Shown here: one piece after another, positions 50,936-64,000 of the stretch | Layout: every line of letters starts with the position of its first letter | Position numbering within the stretch: the first letter of the stretch is position 1 | NCBI RefSeq assembly: GCF_006345805.1 | Contig: NC_043007.1 | Location: 73,532,001 to 73,596,000 of the forward strand | Length of the DNA stretch: 64,000 nucleotides | Direction of reading: 5' to 3' | Origin: Octopus sinensis | Lineage: Eukaryota | Position numbers and translations under genes: made by a program | The notes under the pieces: model-generated | Seen by the model: only the letters and a program-made list of their open reading frames with translations | Databases searched by the model: none | What the model was told of the DNA's origin: nothing

Positions 50936-51093
50936 TTGTGTCAATTGTTGCACCGATTCTTCTGGATTTCTGAAACGCCGATCTGTGATATATATGCCAT
51001 AGGATTTAGGATCAACAATATGTTCTTGCATGAAGCAACCAAACCCAGAAAGATTTGTTGTTACACTAGGGATACCCATGACAGTACATTCAG
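50936..51093 (-). CDS. GYS: Glycogen synthase exon (158 nt)
   Basis: atatttcag / gtaagt; (A)[52 protein letters not shown]; phase 1 to 0. Confidence 0.97.
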
Positions 51094-51313
51094 CTGAAAT
51101 ATTAAAAAATGTTTAATTCTAAGAAATTGAACTGAAATAAGATTTAAAGTATATATATGCCATAGGATTTAGGATCAACAATATGTTCTTGCATGAAGCA
51201 ACCAAACCCAGAAAGATTTGTTGTTACACTAGGGATACCCATGACAGTACATTCAGCTGAAATATTAAAAAATGTTTAATTCTAAGAAATTGAACTGAAA
51301 TAAGATTTAAAGT
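50988..51313. repeat. Exact 163-bp tandem duplication covering a GYS acceptor and the 5' part of an exon
   Basis: 50988-51150 and 51151-51313 read identical by eye. Confidence 0.95.
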
Positions 51314-51526
51314 AGGATACTGTGAATCTCTAAACATCAGTATTTTTAGGTATTAATTAGAAGAAAAAACAAAATTGAATAAAATCACCTAAATGATGAT
51401 CAGAATTTATAAAAACATACATCATCATCATTATCATTATTTAACATCTGTTTTCCATGTTGGCATGGGTTGGATGGTTTGACAGGAGGTGGTAAGCCAG
51501 AGAGCTACACCAAGCTCCAATTTTCT

Positions 51527-51746
51527 TATTTCTTTATTGCCCACAAGGGGCTAAACATGGAGGGGACAAACAAGGACAGACAAAGGGATTAAGTCAATTA
51601 CATCGACCCCAGTGCGTAAATGGTACTTAATTTATCGACCCCAAAAGGATGAAAGGCAAAGTCAACCTCAGTGGAATTTGAACTCAGAACGTAACGGCAG
51701 ACGAAATACCGCTAAGCATTTTGCCCAGCAAGCTAACGTTTCTGCC
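51527..51746 (-). mobile_element. Nin-like SINE nested in an RTE-tailed repeat, 14-bp TSD
   Basis: agctccaattttct at 51513-51526 and 51747-51760. Confidence 0.8.
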
Positions 51747-52884
51747 AGCTCCAATTTTCTGTTTCAGCAAAGTTTTTATGGATGAATGCCCTTCCTAATG
51801 CCAACCACTTTACAGAGTGTACTGTGTGCTTTTTACAAGTAAAGAAAATGAGGAGAGTCAAGAAAAGCAACACAGTCCTTTACTATAACTGGCTCTGCTG
51901 AATAATTATAAATGAGAAGGCATTTGACAGGATACAAAAAGAGGAGTCATTGCTGTGGGATTGGCAATTTCATCATCTTCAATTCTAGCCTCCTCACCCA
52001 CCAGACTTCTGACATTTTCTTAAAATATTTCTTTCAGTTTTCTGAGTTTATCCTCTCCCCTCACACTCACATCACTGTACATACTCTGTCACTTAATTCT
52101 CTTCTTCATTATATTGCTCACAACCAAGTGCCAGCCAACTTTCCCTGTCTTTCAAACTTAGATGAAGAGCAAAGAACTAAAATATTAGAATCTTTATTCT
52201 TCTAGGCAGCTGGACTTATCTTTTGAAGGAACTAAATTCTATAGACAAACTGTAGCTGATCATCATCAATTTTAATGGATTATTTAACATATAAGAAACT
52301 CAGATCAGCATGAAATAAGAAATCAAACTCAAGATAAAAGTAGTCCATTTTTGTACTTGGTTTGAAAGATTCTTGATTTGATTTGAAGTTATAACATGAA
52401 ACACATTTATTGCATCTAGGGAGGGTAGTTAGGCCAATGATAACACACACTGATTGTATTTCATTTTTTAAAATTTTTATTATTAATGTTCTGCTTTAGG
52501 ACTTGAAGCAGTTCTGGAGTAGAAAGGCCATGAATGGTGATGAAGAGACTTTGACAAGCATAACTGATTGATTGATTAACCAAATGATTATTCAAACAAT
52601 CTATTAGTTAATTGGTTAAACAGTTAATCAATTGATACATAAACAGTAAAGAAGTAAAATAGAATTAGCACATGTGTTTATTATTGACATAACAACCCTC
52701 TTGAAACACAATAAAAAGATAAAAGTAGTTAGCCCTATAACACAACAGAAAGAAATATAAGACAATCAGTCTCAACAGAAAGAAATGTGATAAGACAACC
52801 AGTGACTGATTTAGAGGATCAGAAACCATTTTCGGTAAATATCAGTTTATAACTGGAGAACAAATGGAAAGAAAATATGATTAC

Positions 52885-53011
52885 CAGGTGTGTAACCCCA
52901 GGGTTCATAATAAGATGGAAAGACACCAAGATGACAGCCTCGGACAAAGTCTTCATAGTCCAAACCAAAAAGCGGATTTGTAGAATTCAAAAATTCAGGA
53001 TGAAATATTAC
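52885..53011 (-). CDS. GYS: Glycogen synthase catalytic exon (127 nt)
   Basis: tattttag / gtaatc; [42 protein letters not shown], containing the [11 protein letters not shown](AE) EX7E signature; phase 0 to 1. Confidence 0.98.
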
Positions 53012-53117
53012 CTAAAATACATTGAAAATTGAATAAAAAACAGAGTTGAAGTAAACACACACATACACATATACACCTGTTAGATATATATATATATATA
53101 CACACACATGTATATGC

Positions 53118-53199
<82 letters not shown>

Positions 53200-53201
<2 letters not shown>

Positions 53202-55520
53202 TCCTCATCGTTTAATGTCTGTTTTCCATGCTAGCCTGGGTTGGACAGTTCAACCAGGGTCTGGGAAGCCAGGAGGCTGCACCAGGCTCCAGTCTGATCT
53301 AGCAGTGTTTCTACAGCCGGATGTCCTTCCTAACGCCAACCACTCCATGAGTGTAGTGGGTACTTTTTACATGCCACCGACACAGGGGCCAGAGGAGGCT
53401 GGCAACGTCCATGATCGGTTGGTGCTTTTTACATGCCACCGTCAAGGCGGCGCTGGCATCGGCCACGTTCAGATGGTGTTATTTATGTGCCACCAGTCCA
53501 GGTATCACAACTACAATTTCTATTTAATTTTTATTTTGATGTACTTGACTCAATAGGTCTCCTCAAGCACAGTAGGTCGCCATACAATCCAAGGTAAGCA
53601 CAGCAGGCTGTCTTGCAAGCCATGAACTCACTTCATTTGTCGGGTCTTCGCAGTCACAGCATATCTCCAGAGGTCTCAGTCTTTCATCATTGCCTCTGTG
53701 AGGCCCTATATTCGAAGGTCATGCTTGACTACCTCATCCCATGTCTTCCTGGGTCTACCTCTATCCCAGATTCCTTCAACTATTTGGGAGTGGCACTTCT
53801 TCACACATCTCTCCTCATCCATCCGCAGTACATGACCATACCAATGGAAGCATCTCTCCTGCATGTCACATCCAATGCTTCTTATGTCCAACATTTCTCT
53901 CAGGACGCTTACACTCTATCGTGCGTACACACTGACATTACACATCCTGCGGATCATGCTAACTTCATTTCTTTCAAGCCTACGCATGTCCTCTGCAGTC
54001 ATGGCCCATGTTCCACTGCCATGGACCATGGCAGTTCGCACACATGTGTCGTACAATCTACCTTTCACCCTGAGCGAGAGACCCTTTGTTGCTAGTAGGG
54101 GAAGAAGCTTTCTAAACTTCGCCCAAGCTATTCTTATTCTAGTGGTAACACTCTCTGAGCATCCACCCCCACTACTAACTTGGTCACCTAAGTAGTGGAA
54201 GCTATCAACTACTTCTAGTTTCTCCCCCTGGAGTGTGATGGAATCTGTTTTCTGAGTATCTATTGCCCCTGTGCATCTGCCGCACACGAAAGCTATCTTG
54301 TCAGTTAATTTTCCTTTGATGTTGCTGCATCTCTTATGCATCATGGAGCTTCTACTTACACCTTTTTTACAGATTGAGCAGGGCCACCTACCTGAGGGTG
54401 TGTGGGATGAGTTCGCCTTCCTACTTACTAGAACTTTGGTCTTTGCTACATTGACTCTAAGGCCTTCTGATTCTAAACCTTGCTTTCACACCCAAAATTT
54501 CTTTTCTAGTTCCGGTAGTGATTCCGCTATGAGGGCCAGGTCATCCACATAGAGGAGCTCCCAGGGGCAACCAATCTTGAATTCCTCTGTTATTGTCTGG
54601 AGGACTATGATGAATAAAAGAGGACTGAGGGCTGAACCTTGGTGGACCCCTACTTCTACCTGAAATTCTTCACTATACTCATTACCAATCCTAACCTTAC
54701 TAATGGCCTCTCTGTAAAGGGCCTGTACAGCCCTTATTAACCATTTGTCAATCTCCAGTTTCCACATCGCCAACCAGATAAGGGAATGGGGGACACTGTC
54801 AAAGGCTTTCTCCAAGTCTACAAAAGCTAAGTATAGGGGTTTATCTTTAGCTAGATATTTCTCCTGCAGTTGTCAAATCAGGAATATGGCATCAGTGGTG
54901 CTTCTACCCAGCACATAACCGAACTGAATGTCATCTAAGCAGACTCTCTCCCTAATGAGATGGGCTATGACCCTCTCTGTGACCTTCATCACATGATCCA
55001 ACAGTTTGAAACCCCTGTAGTTATTTCTATCTAGAGCATCACCTTTACCCTTGTAGCAGTTGACTATGGTTCTGCTACGCCAGTCATTAGGTATGACTCC
55101 ATCATAAACTACCTGGTTTATAATGCAGGTGACTAGGCTATAGCTCACACCACCAGATGTTTTAAGCATTTCAGCAGTGATTCCTGATGGGCCGGGGGGC
55201 TTTTCTTGGCTTCATACACTCAATTGCTTTATCTACTAGGGAGGTGTCTATTCTGATAGCTGGTCCCTCTACTGGGTCAACATTTGGTAGGCTCACAAAC
55301 TCAGATTCAGCTTGAAAAAGTACACCAATATACCAAATTTGAGACCTCTTAATTCTAGGTGTTTCTTCTTCATCTGGAATTTCTTCTCTTTAACTACCAC
55401 TGAATCAGCTCAGACATTAAACCCCATCATAGGTCTTTAATTCATATTTATCTACTAGGGAGGTGTCTATTCTGATAGCTGGTCCCTCTACTGGGTCAAC
55501 ATTTGGCAGGCTCTCCTCCT
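53200..55520 (-). mobile_element. RTE LINE, 2.3-kb 5'-truncated copy with RT domain, in a GYS intron
   Basis: MEKAFDSVP...GVHQGSALSPLLFIIVL...ELLYVDDLALIAES; (CAT) tail at 53200; frameshifted. Confidence 0.92.
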
Positions 55521-55637
55521 CCCATTCATTCCAAATATCTCATTTATGTACTCTTGGACAAAGAGCAAAAGTTATTTATTGCATAAACTTTTAAATTCTG
55601 GTGCCTAAAATATAATCTACAAGTAAACGATAAATAC

Positions 55638-55751
55638 CTTCACCCTGTCTTCACGATCGTTGAATAATTTGCAGCGACGAATGGCATTGAGTACTTGGTC
55701 TTTAGCATCATCAATTACATTATGAGTGCATACTGGCGGTAATTCTCTTCG
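55638..55751 (-). CDS. GYS: Glycogen synthase exon (114 nt)
   Basis: catttcag / gtattt; [38 protein letters not shown] (PP.CTHN motif); phase 0 to 0. Confidence 0.97.
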
Positions 55752-56068
55752 CTGAAATGTATCAGTCAGAAATTACACTTAACAGAAAGATTTAAATGAG
55801 GTAAAAAAAAACCCAAAAAAAAACATGTTGATATTCAATTATGAATTGTATATCTGTGCATACAGCACTAAACTGTCTAAGATGATTGATATATTATATT
55901 TTTCATTGATTGTTAATAATTAGAAAGATAAATGTTGGCGATCATTTAATACATTAGAGGATTGAGAAATGAAAAAAAATTGTTTAATAATTGAGTATTT
56001 GTGTTTCATTGTTGAAGCAATTTCCAGTAAAATAAGAAAATTTACTGAAACATTATTGAAATCCTTAC

Positions 56069-56147
56069 CTGTGCACTGTAGATACACCTTTTTAATTTGA
56101 CAATATCTTCTTCAAGTAAAATATCACTTCCTTTAGGAATATTTCCA
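56069..56147 (-). CDS. GYS: Glycogen synthase exon (79 nt)
   Basis: caatatag / gtaagg; GNIPKGSDILLEEDIVKLKRCIYSAQ; phase 2 to 0. Confidence 0.95.
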
Positions 56148-57464
56148 CTATATTGGAGAAATTTCAAGTAGAGAAAAGTAACAATATATATATATCATTA
56201 TATGTCTTAAATAGAACAAATTTTTACATTGAATGAATCCATATAATATTTGCATAATTAATATTTCTGTTGAAACAAAGAGTAATATAGTTCTGTTTTG
56301 AGTCTTAACAAGCATAGTGTTGGATAATCAGTTTCTATGTCATGTAAATGACTGAAGCCACAGCATTTTACTGGATGGGGCACTAGTCTGTCACAGGGTT
56401 ACTCATTTAAAGCTGAATGGACTGGAGTAATGTGAAATGAGGTATTCTGCTCAAGAAAACAATACACCATCCAGCCCAGGAATTGAAACTATGCTCTTAT
56501 GATCACAAGTGCAATGCCCTAACCACTAGGCCATATGCTCTCACAAAACAAAGAGACATACATATTGGTTTCAAATTTTGGCACTGGGCCAGCAATTTTG
56601 GGGGAGGGAGTTAGTTGATTACATTGATGCCAGTGCTCAACTGGTACCTATTTTATCAACCCTGAAAGGATGAAAGACAAAACTGACTTTGGTGGAATCT
56701 GAACCCACAACGTAAAGACAGATAAAATGCCACTAAGTATTTTGCTCGGTATGCTAATAATTCTGCCAGCTTGATACCTTAAAAAGCCATATATATTAAA
56801 ATGAACTTGGCATTTTCATTAATTTCATTTTGTTTTTATATTCTACCATGACAATACTTATATCTCATCAATTTCCAAGGAAAACATATCTTACTTTAAA
56901 ATCAAAGATTTTGGAAACTCTGCAATGCATGTTAGGTATGCAATGCACACTAAGAAAAGCAATAGTATATCTGATCAGTAAGCCTGACACACAAATTTGT
57001 TTCAACCTCAGTTAACATTGACTAAGTTTCTGGGTTACTGTGATGAGAAAACTTTTTTCAACTAAACAACTGTATTTAGTTTTTTATCTTTTATTTTTAA
57101 TTTGTTTCAGTCATTAGACTGCAGTCATGCTGGGGCACAATATTGAAGGGTTTAGTCGAACAAATTGACCTTAGTGCTTATTTTAAAAAAAAGCTGGTGC
57201 TTATTAGTCTCTTTTGCTGAACTGCTAAGTTTCAGAGATGTAAACAAAATTACTAGTTGTCAGGTGATAGTGGTATGGCATGGAGGGGTCAAACACAAAC
57301 ACTTGTATGCACACACACACACACACACTCATAAACAAACACACAACCACACGTAGGTCTGAAACAGAAGCCACATGGTGGCAGAGCAACTTTCTTAACC
57401 ATACAGCTATGCCTCCACCTATATATTTTAAAGATTAAGAAATTTAGAATACCATATGCTCAAA

Positions 57465-57525
<61 letters not shown>

Positions 57526-57853
57526 ATCTGTGCAGTTGCTTGACTTACTAGAAAAAGCAGCTAAGTCACTCTCAATTCATAGCTATTCAAAGAAGGGTTT
57601 TTTAGACAATGTTGCTTGACATATAAAATCTTAGGATGGTCTCTTATAGAATCCACTTAATCACAGGTCAGTTTAATCGGGTTTGACCTTAGGCTCAAGG
57701 ACAACTATATGCTACATTCAAAATACACACTGTTTATAAATGAAACAATATTTCTCTGTATACAATACATAGGTAGAATTCTTCCTTTCTTTCTTTTTTG
57801 AGAATTCTCATTTAAAAAAAAAAAAAAATTTCCAATAACAAGTGCAAACCTAC

Positions 57854-58020
57854 CGCATGCATGTCTCCAGCAGCCTGCGCCCAACCTGGTGAATGACGTA
57901 CGAAGACGTATCTTGTAACTGTTTCGCTATTGCTTGTCCTCGTAGCGATTCCACATTGTAATTATTTGTACGAGTTGGAAAAATCAAAAAAGCTATGACA
58001 GTCATGTCACTATTCCGTTG
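57854..58020 (-). CDS. GYS: Glycogen synthase exon (167 nt)
   Basis: actttcag / gtaggt; QRNSDMTVIAFLIFPTRTNNYNVESLRGQAIAKQLQDTSSYVIHQVGRRLLETCM(R); phase 0 to 2. Confidence 0.96.
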
Positions 58021-58422
58021 CTGAAAGTGAAAATTTAAGGAAAAGTTTTGAATAATCTGATTAATATTTTTGATTAAAATAATTAACAGGTTATACCAGT
58101 GGTAGAGAAAACCATACTTTTTTTTATAGCACTAGTCAGTTCTACTTCATAAGACCTGTGATATGAAAGGACTAATGAAGGTATCAACCATTCATTTACT
58201 TCTCTGTTTAAAACCATCATAATCTTCATAAAAAAAGATTTGGAGTTTGAAAGACATCATTCCCATTTTAAAAGTAGAACTCATTGGGAGTTTAATCCAT
58301 TAGAATGTGCAGAATGAATAAATACATAAATAGTCAGTAAGTACTTCATTGTATGATTCCTTTGTCAAGACAGGTTATGATAAATGTATGTTAAATTAGA
58401 GAAGTAAGTGTGGTGGATACCT

Positions 58423-58890
58423 TCATCATCATCCTCATCGTTTAACGTCCGCTTTCCATGCTAGCATGGGTTGGACAATTTAACTGAGGACTGGCGAACC
58501 AGATGGCTGCACCAGGCTCCAATCTTGATCTGGCAGAGTTTCTACAGCTGGATGCCCTTCCTAATGCCAATCACTCCGAGAGTGTAGTAGGTGTTTTTAC
58601 GTGCCACCGGCATGGGGCCAGTCAGGTGGTACTGGCAACGACCTTGCTTGAATCTTTTACACATGCCACTGGCACATGTGCCAGTAAGGCGATGCTGGTA
58701 ACAATCACACTCGAATGGTGTCTTTTACGTGCCACCGGCACAGAGGCCAGATAGCCGCTCTGGCAATGATCACGCTCAGATGGTGCTCTTAACACCCTTC
58801 TAGCATGGGGTTCGAGTGCCAGTAAGGCAACGCTGGTAACGATCGCACTCGAATGGTGCCTTTTAAGTGCCACTGGCACGGAAGCCGGTT
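58423..58890 (-). mobile_element. RTE 3' end in a GYS intron
   Basis: (CAT)n terminus and subrepeats. Confidence 0.8.
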
Positions 58891-58946
58891 CTAAGAAGGA
58901 ATAATTTGAGGTGATCACCTAGATGTTAATGTGAGCTGGATGAATA

Positions 58947-59778
58947 CAGGGTGTTCAGGCTAAATTTGATAATTCTTTATGTTGCCTTTTTTTTTTTCAG
59001 GAAAAGCTTGATGTACTGGTGAACAGTCACTGGTGTTGGAGAGCATAAAGATTAAAGTTGTAATTGAGTAAAAGTTAGCTGAGATGGAGGACAGGAAGCC
59101 ATATGAATATTGGAAGAGAGTTACTTGTATCATGATTATTCGCACTGAATACCAAAACGTTGACATCATGATTACTACTCTGTGAACCCTGCAAAGGCTG
59201 TAAGATGAGACATGGACAACTGAAACAGAGACTATGAAGTTATGGCCAGCAGGAAGGGGCACAGAAGGTATTTTGACTGCATCTGTACATCAGATTTCAT
59301 CCCATCTTTGGAGAGGACCTTAGGTTCAATTCAGATGGCTGTGTGAAGCTGCTGGAGAAGGTTGCTGTTGGAAGGCCATATGTGTGGCAGCAGGATTCAG
59401 CTCTTTGTAATACCTTTAGAAAGAGTCAGAAGTGGTTGTTGGAGAATTTCTATGAGTTCACCATTCCTGTTGTCCTAATTACCCTGATTGTAATCATCCC
59501 ATGGATTACAATGTATCGGGGAAGGTTGAGAAAGACGCCAACCACTCTACCTGCAACACAAAGGCCAAGTGGTGACCAAGGTCAAGGATGTGTTTGAAGA
59601 TCTCAGGGACACAGTGAGGAATGCATGCATCAGATTCCAGAGCCATCTTGAGACCAGCTACTTTGAATAAACTGTTTTCTGCCAGCCAGAATCTAGTTGA
59701 TATATTTTTGGTTTTGAATGGGACATTGTGTTTTATCTTCCTTTTATGCAGACTGTCAAATTTAGCCTGAACACCCTG
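58947..59778 (+). mobile_element. Internally deleted Tc1/mariner element of DD37D (maT)-like type
   Basis: Perfect 23-bp TIRs cagggtgttcaggctaaatttga, TA TSD; YVWQQDSA...KSQKWL.ENFYEFT remnant. Confidence 0.85.
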
Positions 59779-59785
59779 TAGTTCT

Positions 59786-59824
<39 letters not shown>

Positions 59825-60178
59825 CGAGAAGGGGTAAAGAGAGATAAAGAGAGAACATAGAGAAAAGAGTGAAAGCTTGAACATAAAATAGGAGTTAGAT
59901 GATGATGAACTTTTACTGATGGTAACAAAAATAAAAAAGCTAGATTAAGAATAAATTGAGGTTAAAAAAAAAAATTATGACAAATGATAATTAGAAAAAA
60001 AAAATCAAAAAACAACACAGCAATTTTAGACAGAACAAAAAAGTAAGTGAAAATCAATATAACTATTGGATGTCAATTGCTGGTAGGGGCACCATATTTT
60101 GTTTATACTACCATGTGTAATAAAGGTTTACAAGTCAATAGTGTCCTACTTTTTGTGTTAGCAGTGTGATTCAATCAC

Positions 60179-60336
60179 TTTTAAGTTATTTCTACAGGTG
60201 TCCTATAGAATTTAGAGCCAATACTGAAAGTTATGACCTTTCGAATACAAAAGTTATGACGTTTTTCATCTCAAAACATCATAACTTTTAGTGCTGACTC
60301 TAAATTCTATAGGATAACTGTAGAAATAACTTAAAA
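60179..60336. repeat. Hairpin MITE core (about 58-bp arms), right side interrupted by a SINE
   Basis: 60179-60238 vs 60279-60336 inverted; taacttaaaagtaatat duplicated around the SINE at about 60344-60507. Confidence 0.7.
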
Positions 60337-60821
60337 GTAATATGGGTTTCAAATTTTGATCAGCAAGTTTGGGGGAGAGGTAAGTTGATTATATCAAACC
60401 CAGTGTTCAACTGGTACTTGGAAGGATGAAAGGCAAGTCAACCCTGGCAGAATTTGAACTCAGGACATAAAGACAGACAAAATGTCACTAAGCATTTTGT
60501 CCAGCTTTAACTTAAAAGTAATATTGGATGATAATAGAGATAATTAGAGAAAAGAAGTAATGTAGATCCCAAATATCTCATGCAAACATTGACAAAAATC
60601 CCTCAGTTAAACATTGTTTATATAGTTAATAACTAGAAAATATTTATATAGGTGCAATGGTAGCTAAATATTTTGGGGTAAACTTTGCCTTTTGTCTTTC
60701 TCTGATCAATACAATAAGTATGAGTCACATATCAGGGTTGATATAATCAAAGTCCCCTCTTGCCACAACCCCACAAAATTGTAACTTTGTGGTTATATAA
60801 GAAATGAATACCACAACTTAC

Positions 60822-60942
60822 CTTGAGGTAATAGTTCAGGCGTGCCAAAGCCTCAATAAACATGTCCGCACCTTTATTCGAGAATTCGTAACGACCAGCA
60901 ATGAACATGTACAAAGTTTTGTCAAGATCAAAGTCATAATGC
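60822..60942 (-). CDS. GYS: Glycogen synthase exon (121 nt)
   Basis: ccaccag / gtaagt; [40 protein letters not shown] (AGRYEF.NKG motif); phase 2 to 0 matches neighbours. Confidence 0.97.
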
Positions 60943-61099
60943 CTGGTGGACAGAAATATATATAAGATATAAATATATAGAAATGTAAGAGAAATTTATC
61001 TTACATCTAGTCATTGCTGCCTCCACTGAAGTGAGGTTTCAAGATATATTGGAAACTTGAAAAAGTAGAAAGAAATGAAACTTTGTGGGTAGGCTGATT

Positions 61100-61510
61100 G
61101 ATAGAACACCTATCTTGCTCAACATATCAATCTCCAGGAAACTGTTCAGAAACATGCAACCAGACCAATACCCACAGTGAAGCATCTACCATATACTAAA
61201 TGTCTCGCTTCCCTGAGCATGGACACATTAAAGCACCAACATCTGGCAACTGACATAATAGACACAAGACTATCCACCATATTTCAAACAACAATCTTGA
61301 GAACCTTTTTGAATTCTATGTCTAACACTCATGGACATGTTTACAAAATAAAAAAACAACACAGCACCCATGACTTTCAGAAACATTTTTTCATGCTCAG
61401 AATTGATGAAGTATGGAATAAACTACCCACATCAGTTGTTAGCTGTCAGGACATTACATCCTTCAAAACTTTCATGCTTCCTGAAATTTGCCAACAGTAC
61501 ACCTGATGTA
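61100..61510 (+). mobile_element. CR1/L2-clade LINE 3' fragment in a GYS intron
   Basis: HGHVYKIKKQHSTHDFQKHFFMLRIDEVWNKLPTSVVSCQDITSFK. Confidence 0.8.
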
Positions 61511-62469
61511 GCCTCCACCTCTTTTTTTCCTAAAGACTCATTCACTGTTCACTATCTGTGCATTAGTTCTATGTACTGTTCATGCATTTTGGGCTACTTT
61601 TTTAAATATGTTATAGTGCACCTGAGCACTGTATACAATGAGTTCATTATTATTATAAACCATTTCTCTCATCATGGCTTCTTTATATCAAACAAAACCA
61701 CAGTAGAATTTTGATCCTTTCCCATTGAATGTTTGAGGTCTTTGGCAGGATTTCATATATGACACATAACTATTTATACATCTAATAGCACAAAAAAAAA
61801 AAAAAAACATGTAAAAGCCCTTCTTAAACTTCATGTATACGAAAGGTCTGACATCTGTGGTACTTTGCGGAGCGGTAAAATAACTATCATCACCTAGAGC
61901 AAACTAGGTGGAAGCAAATTTTCATTCATTTCACAAGAATATTCTAAGTAAATTCTGAATGGTGAAATATTCAGTTCAGTTTCATCATCATCATTTAACA
62001 TCCATGTCCTGTACTGGCATGGGTTGGATGGTTCGACAGGATTTGATGGGTCCAAGAACTGCATCACGCTCAAGTGCCTGTTTTGGCATGGTTTCTATGG
62101 CTGAATGTCTTTCTTAATGTCAATCACTTTACAATGTGTACTGGGTGCACTTTTCATATCACTGGCACTAATGAGGTCACCATGCAGCTTGCAAGGCTAC
62201 AAAACCCGAGGTGGGAGCAGAGAGAGCTTTATGCTAGAAGACAAGGGTTCAGGTATGAGAGAAGTGGGTGGGGCAGAAGAAGTTCTTGTATGAGCTACAC
62301 GACTATTCACAAAGGAGTAAGGATCAATAGTAGATTGGGGAGATAAAGGTAAACTACAATTGTACCCCAATAAATATTTTTTTAAATTATAAAAAAGTTA
62401 CAGTAATCTAATAAATATCAACATTTAGTATCTACAAATATTTAAGAAAATTATGGAAATGGAACTCAC

Positions 62470-62587
62470 CCATAAAAGTGTCCACGGATAAAATCATGGA
62501 TTTTATCTTTAAATCGGGCATGGAGGTTCTGAAATTCATGGATGGCACTGAATTTTTTGACATTTAATCCATTTGGTGTTATAACAT
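62470..62587 (-). CDS. GYS: Glycogen synthase internal exon (118 nt), first exon inside the window
   Basis: ttttgtag acceptor, gtgagt donor; encodes (D)[38 protein letters not shown](G), the GT3 glycogen synthase [10 protein letters not shown] motif; phase 1 to 2. Confidence 0.97.
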
Positions 62588-64000
62588 CTACAAAATAAAA
62601 CAGCTTTATGAATACACTTACACACACAGAGGCAATCATACATGAGTTTTCTCTTTCTTTTTTTTTTTACTGCTGTGTGAAAGAAGCAAGAGCAGTGCTC
62701 ATGGACCTTTCCAGTTTTTGTAAATGGTTGGAAGAAGTGTGGAAAGTTTTCCCTAGGCCAGACACTGTCCCAAATGCTTATAACAAAATGCAATCCATTA
62801 AGTTATGCAAGAATTAGGTGTTAGTAAGCCCACTACTCAACTTTTCATCATTTCTTTCAATATAAACAAGAAACAAAGTTAATTCTTAACAAATCATCAT
62901 CACCATCACTACTGTCACTGCCATCATCATCATCATTTTAACATCTACTTTTCCATGCTTGTAAGTGTCAGATGAGAATATGTTGGATGCTTTTCCTATT
63001 ACCAACCCACATATCAAACAACAAATAGCCCAAACATACACCTTTTGTTTACAAAGATTGTACAACATGCCAAGACACAACAAGAAGCTTGGATAGATCT
63101 TTGGTAGCAGATTGGAAGCCAATGACATTGTTAGGGAAACCATTGTTTGCAATCAGTGAATGAAATGTATGAGAAGATACAGGGGAAATATGAAATCACA
63201 AACACACACACACACACACATACCTCACACGTGATAGATTTCTTTCAGTTTCAATCCATCAAGTCCAAATCCATTCATAAGGCTTTGGTTGTTCTGGGGC
63301 TATAGCAGAAGACACTTGCTTAAGGTGTCATACAGTGGGACTGAACCCAAAACAATGTGATCTTAAACACACAGTCATATCTGTACCTCATATTTCACAA
63401 AAACTAAAACAAAACATTTTCACAAGGTAGAGAGAGGCTTACGGAGCAGAGCAGGTTGATTGTTAAGAGAAACCTGATCAATTAATGACACACCTCGTTA
63501 CAGAAATATCTCTTTATTTATTCTCATATATTTAACATCACAAAGCAAATTACTTTTTTCTTTATCTCTTATTTGTTTCAGTGACTGGACTGTGGCCATG
63601 CTGGGGCACTACTTTTAAGGGTTTAATTGAACAAACTGACTCCAGTACTTCCTTTTTTTTTTTAAAGTTTGGTACTTATTCTATTAGTTTCTTTTGCTGA
63701 ATTGCTGCTACAGGGATGTAAACAAACCAACACTGACAACAGCATGGGGGAGAACACACACACAGAGTTTCCATCTATCAAATTCACTCACAAGGCATTT
63801 GTTGGCCTGGGGCTATAATGGAAGACACTTGTCCAAGATGCTGTGCATTGTGACTGAACTCAAAACCATGAGGTTACAAAGTGAATTTTCTTAACTACAC
63901 AGCCATGCTTGTGCAAATATTTGAAAACATTTTTTTGTTTTTTTTCTTGATAGGTGCAGGCATGGCTGTGTGGTTAGGAAGCTTGTTTCTTAACCACAGG

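Noticed and set aside
62588-64000. Search for the next upstream GYS exon (…HLLKRKP)
   Set aside because: Only SINE/RTE-tail pieces were found; the 5' exons lie outside the window.

Overview
AT-rich, repeat-saturated animal genomic DNA. The repeat families and microsatellite load look like Octopus (inference from recognising the repeats; not verified). One gene is firmly supported: the 3' two-thirds of glycogen synthase on the minus strand, 10 GT-AG exons from 62587 to the stop at 45210, which join in one uninterrupted frame; its 5' exons lie beyond the window. A second minus-strand gene may end at about 6.2-7.3 kb (weak evidence). The rest is transposon debris: many RTE-clade LINE 3' ends, CR1/L2 pieces, an L1/Tx1-type 5' half holding a full-length Hsmar1-like mariner, five Penelope-like (PLE) remnants, Tigger, DD37D and mariner non-autonomous elements, piggyBac MITEs, two Helitrons, tRNA-derived SINEs, foldback hairpins and long (TA)n/(CA)n blocks, which produce most of the ORF track. 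Best leads: four minimal hammerhead-ribozyme-like motifs with palindromic stem III (PLE/retrozyme type); a 163-bp duplication of a glycogen synthase acceptor plus half-exon; a 615-bp duplication of a candidate terminal-exon cassette; and a locally templated inverted insertion. No CRISPR, rRNA or true tRNA genes were seen. Boundaries of decayed repeats are approximate; all alignments were done by eye.
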